In this document: piece by piece, positions 29,771 to 32,000 of the stretch
Position numbering within the stretch: position 1 is the stretch's first letter
How the letters are laid out: the number at the start of each line of letters is the position of its first letter
Program-made: the position numbers and the translations under genes
The notes under the pieces: model-generated
Told to the model about the DNA's origin: nothing
Database searches by the model: none
The model's input: only the letters and a program-made list of their open reading frames with translations
NCBI RefSeq assembly: GCF_000014785.1
Contig: NC_008340.1
Coordinates: 1,080,001 to 1,112,000, forward strand
DNA from: Alkalilimnicola ehrlichii MLHE-1
GTDB lineage: Bacteria; Pseudomonadota; Gammaproteobacteria; Nitrococcales; Halorhodospiraceae
Direction: 5' to 3'
DNA: 32,000 nucleotides

Positions 29771-29787
29771 AGGTTAGCCCGGTTCGA

Positions 29788-31242
29788 TCAGAAGGGGTGT
29801 GCGCCGTGCACGCCCAGGCTCAGGTTGTACTGGAGCATGAAGGAGGCACCGCGATTGGTGTGGTCGTCCTCCTTGGCGAAGTCGTTGTAGTTGAGCTGAG
29901 CTCGCAGCGCGGAAAAGTGGGTCGGGCGCCACGTGGTGTTGAGCGTGTACCGGTAGCTGGCGTCGAAGTCCTCGAACTCACCGGCGCTGCGGTCCGGCAC
30001 CAACGACTCGTTGGTCAGGCCCAGGGCCTCGAAGCGGGCGCCGACCTCCCAGCGCGGGGCGAACCCGTAGACGGCCTGGAGGTAGAGGCCGTCCTGGCGC
30101 CGGCGATCGGAGAAGCTGTCGGTGGTCTGCAGGCTGCCGTTGTTGACGCCCTGGAAGCTCTGACTCATGTAGTCGACGTCGATCTCACGCAGGAAGTACT
30201 CGCCCTGCAGTCGCAGGTTGCCGTGGCCGTAGGCACCACCGCTGTCGTACTTATAAACGGCGTCCACACCGGCGAACCAGGCATCACCGTCCCAGGATTC
30301 GTACCGGGTGCTGGAGTGCTGCTGCTCATTCTGGAAGGTGGTGGCGATCCCGTAGGAAAGCCCGAACTGGGCGGCGTGGTTGTAGCCGAGGTCCGGCGCA
30401 ATCTTGAAGAAGCCGGTAAAGAGACGGGGTCCGGAGGCATCATCGAAGGGGTTGTCGTCCCGCCAGCGCTGCCGGGTGGGGTCCCCGGTGACGGGATCGG
30501 GGGTCACCGTCACTTCCTCTACCCGGCCCGAACCGATGTAGTTGGCGATCCCGCTGGTCTCACCCTGCAGGAGTTCGACGCCGAATCGGGTATAGACCGG
30601 AGTCGCTGGCACCCAGGAGAGCTGCACCCCCTTCTCCTGCAGGCCGTGGTCACCGAACAGGAACTCGTTGACCAGTGGACGGTCGACGAAGTCCCAGTCG
30701 TGCGGGTGCTGCTTGTTGATGTAGCCGATGTCGGACAGGAACTTACCGGCCTTCACCTGCAGGCCCGCCGGCAAATTCTGGGTGGTCAGATAGGCCTCTT
30801 CCACCTCGATGCCGGAGTCGCCCTCAATGGCCAGGATCACCATGGCGTCGAAGTAGTTGTCCACCGACGCGGAGAAGGCGATCTCCGTCTCGCGCAGGTT
30901 GAAGCCCTCGTCCAGGTCATGGTCGTGGCCGTGGCCGTGGCCGTGGCCGTGGCTGTGGCTGTGGCCACTGTCAAAGCCCGCCGGGGCGTCCCACTCACCG
31001 GTGAACTCGGAGTAGTACACCCCGTCCAGGATCACCGAGAGGGCCGGGTTGAACGCGGTGCCGGAATCGACTTGCTCCCGCGTGCCGCCCAGCGGCAGCG
31101 CCTGGGCCCGAAGCCCCGGCTGATCCAGCGGGTCCCGCTGCATCTGCGAGGTCACCTCTCCATCGCCAGTCCGGTCGGCCAGCACCCCTCCCGGTGCCAG
31201 CATGACCAACGTGGCGGCAACGGCCAGCGTCTTCTTGATCAT
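29788..31242 (-). CDS. Outer-membrane beta-barrel protein with His-rich loop, co-oriented with the metal ABC genes
   Basis: Signal peptide MIKKTLAVAATLVMLAPGGVLA; FDSGHSHSHGHGHGHGHDHDLDEGFNLRETEIAFSASVDNYFDAMVILAIEGDSG...VKAGKFLSDIGYINKQHPHDWDF...; C-terminal amphipathic strand ending NLSLGVHGAHPF. Start trimmed to the ATG at 31242. Confidence 0.85.
   Translation of the reverse strand: MIKKTLAVAATLVMLAPGGVLADRTGDGEVTSQMQRDPLDQPGLRAQALPLGGTREQVDSGTAFNPALSVILDGVYYSEFTGEWDAPAGFDSGHSHSHGHGHGHGHDHDLDEGFNLRETEIAFSASVDNYFDAMVILAIEGDSGIEVEEAYLTTQNLPAGLQVKAGKFLSDIGYINKQHPHDWDFVDRPLVNEFLFGDHGLQEKGVQLSWVPATPVYTRFGVELLQGETSGIANYIGSGRVEEVTVTPDPVTGDPTRQRWRDDNPFDDASGPRLFTGFFKIAPDLGYNHAAQFGLSYGIATTFQNEQQHSSTRYESWDGDAWFAGVDAVYKYDSGGAYGHGNLRLQGEYFLREIDVDYMSQSFQGVNNGSLQTTDSFSDRRRQDGLYLQAVYGFAPRWEVGARFEALGLTNESLVPDRSAGEFEDFDASYRYTLNTTWRPTHFSALRAQLNYNDFAKEDDHTNRGASFMLQYNLSLGVHGAHPF
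30921..30964. repeat. 6-bp tandem repeat (GGCCGT-type) encoding alternating His-Gly
   Basis: Plus-strand ggtcgtggccgtggccgtggccgtggccgtggctgtggctgtgg; encodes the HGHGHGH stretch on minus. Confidence 0.85.
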
Positions 31243-31312
31243 GATTGTGTTGCTCCCCAATGCGTGTGACGTGATGCGGCCCACGAAGGGCGTCAGGTTG
31301 GCAGGTGTGAAA

Positions 31313-31350
31313 TGCAATACTGTTGCATCAAGTGGTGCAATCTATTTGCA
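31313..31350. promoter_or_regulatory. Two tandem operator-like palindromes, TGCAA-N5-TTGCA (candidate Zur/Fur-family sites)
   Basis: TGCAA-TACTG-TTGCA at 31313-31327 and TGCAA-TCTAT-TTGCA at 31336-31350, 23 bp apart, 70-110 bp upstream of the outer-membrane protein start at 31242. Confidence 0.6.
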
Positions 31351-31431
31351 AGAAGGCCGGCTGTCAAGCGGGCAGGCTCTATACCTTTAGGGCTAATCCG
31401 TTACACTGGAGCTCGGCAAAAGCGCGCCATT

Positions 31432-31447
31432 TGGCACCGCTTTTGCT
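31432..31447 (+). promoter_or_regulatory. Sigma-54 (RpoN) promoter for the fliL operon
   Basis: TGGCAC-N5-TTGCT; the GG and GC dinucleotides are 12 bp apart, as in the -24/-12 consensus; 43 nt between element and the fliL ATG. Confidence 0.75.
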
Positions 31448-31490
31448 TCTCTCTTTCTGCGTCGGATTTCTGTCGGAGGGCGGACGGTCA

Positions 31491-31976
31491 ATGGCAACAG
31501 CCACAAGCAAACAACAGGGGATGTCCAAGCTGGTGGTCATCCTGCTCATCGCGATTCTGGTCGTGCTTCTGGCCGTGGGAGGGGCAGTTGCCGCTTATCT
31601 GACGGGGATGATCGGCTCCGTCGGCAACGACGAGCCGCAGGTGGAACAGGCGCTGGACGAGCCCATCTACATCGAGCTGGACCCCGCACTGACCGTCAAC
31701 TTCGAGCGCGGTGGCCGCATCAGTTACCTGCAGGCACGGGTGCAGCTCGAGACGCGGTACGCCTCGGTGGAAGAGGCGATCGACCGGCACATGCCGGTGA
31801 TTCGCAATAATCTTCTCGACCTGTTTGCCGATCAGGACTACCAGGAGGTGAACACCCGCGCCGGCCGCGAGGCGTTGCGTCAGGCTGCCCTGGAGGAGGT
31901 CAATCAGGTGCTGGCCGAACGCGGTGTTGAGCAAAGGCTGGAGGCGGTCTACTTCACCCGCTTCGTCATGCAATAG
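31491..31976 (+). CDS. fliL: Flagellar basal body-associated protein FliL
   Basis: Single TM segment (LVVILLIAILVVLLAVGGAVAAYL), then IYIELDPALTVNFERGGRISYLQARVQLETRYASVEEAIDRHMPVIRNNLLDLFADQDYQEVNTRAGREALRQAALEEVNQVL...VYFTRFVMQ. Start trimmed to the ATG at 31491. Confidence 0.92.
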   Translation: MATATSKQQGMSKLVVILLIAILVVLLAVGGAVAAYLTGMIGSVGNDEPQVEQALDEPIYIELDPALTVNFERGGRISYLQARVQLETRYASVEEAIDRHMPVIRNNLLDLFADQDYQEVNTRAGREALRQAALEEVNQVLAERGVEQRLEAVYFTRFVMQ

Positions 31977-31988
31977 GGGTAGGACCCA

Positions 31989-32000
31989 TGGCCCAGGACA
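31989..32000 (+). CDS. Start of next gene, probably fliM (partial)
   Basis: ATG GCC CAG GAC begins 12 nt after the fliL stop with upstream TAGGGGTAGGA; fliM commonly follows fliL and starts MAxD. Confidence 0.45.

Noticed and set aside
29797-31269. 490-aa plus ORF opposite the outer-membrane protein
   Set aside because: Antisense shadow; its VAVAVAVAVAV run is simply the reverse reading of the His-Gly repeat.

Overview
GC-rich gammaproteobacterial-type chromosomal window; the lineage is my inference. Main content, left to right. (1) A minus-strand type I-E CRISPR-Cas operon, cas3-cas8e-cse2-cas7-cas5-cas6e-cas1. It runs off the left edge, and no CRISPR array or cas2 lies inside the window. 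cas6e appears to carry a 1-nt frameshift. cas1 is missing from the ORF track but is readable from raw sequence. (2) A short interval with two tiny overlapping minus ORFs that resemble a remnant two-gene cassette. (3) A divergent glycogen/alpha-glucan cluster: glgP-glgA-glgB on minus, glgC-GH57-malQ on plus. The glgB N-terminus has no conventional in-frame start but has a well-placed AUU. (4) A cluster of ~85-bp palindromic-ended repeats at about 20.55-21.10 kb. (5) Small genes: a secreted small protein, a CopD-like membrane protein, a NifX/NifB-like protein, an O-methyltransferase, a ceramidase-like membrane protein and a lytic transglycosylase. (6) parC. (7) A metal (probably zinc) uptake operon with a His-rich outer-membrane protein. 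Two TGCAA-N5-TTGCA palindromes lie upstream, and a strong hairpin sits between its first two genes. (8) fliL and the start of a probable fliM, preceded by a textbook sigma-54 promoter. I do not see a clearly undescribed multi-gene system. The most useful leads are the cas6e frameshift, the glgB AUU start, the zinc operon architecture and the small ORF pair upstream of cas3.
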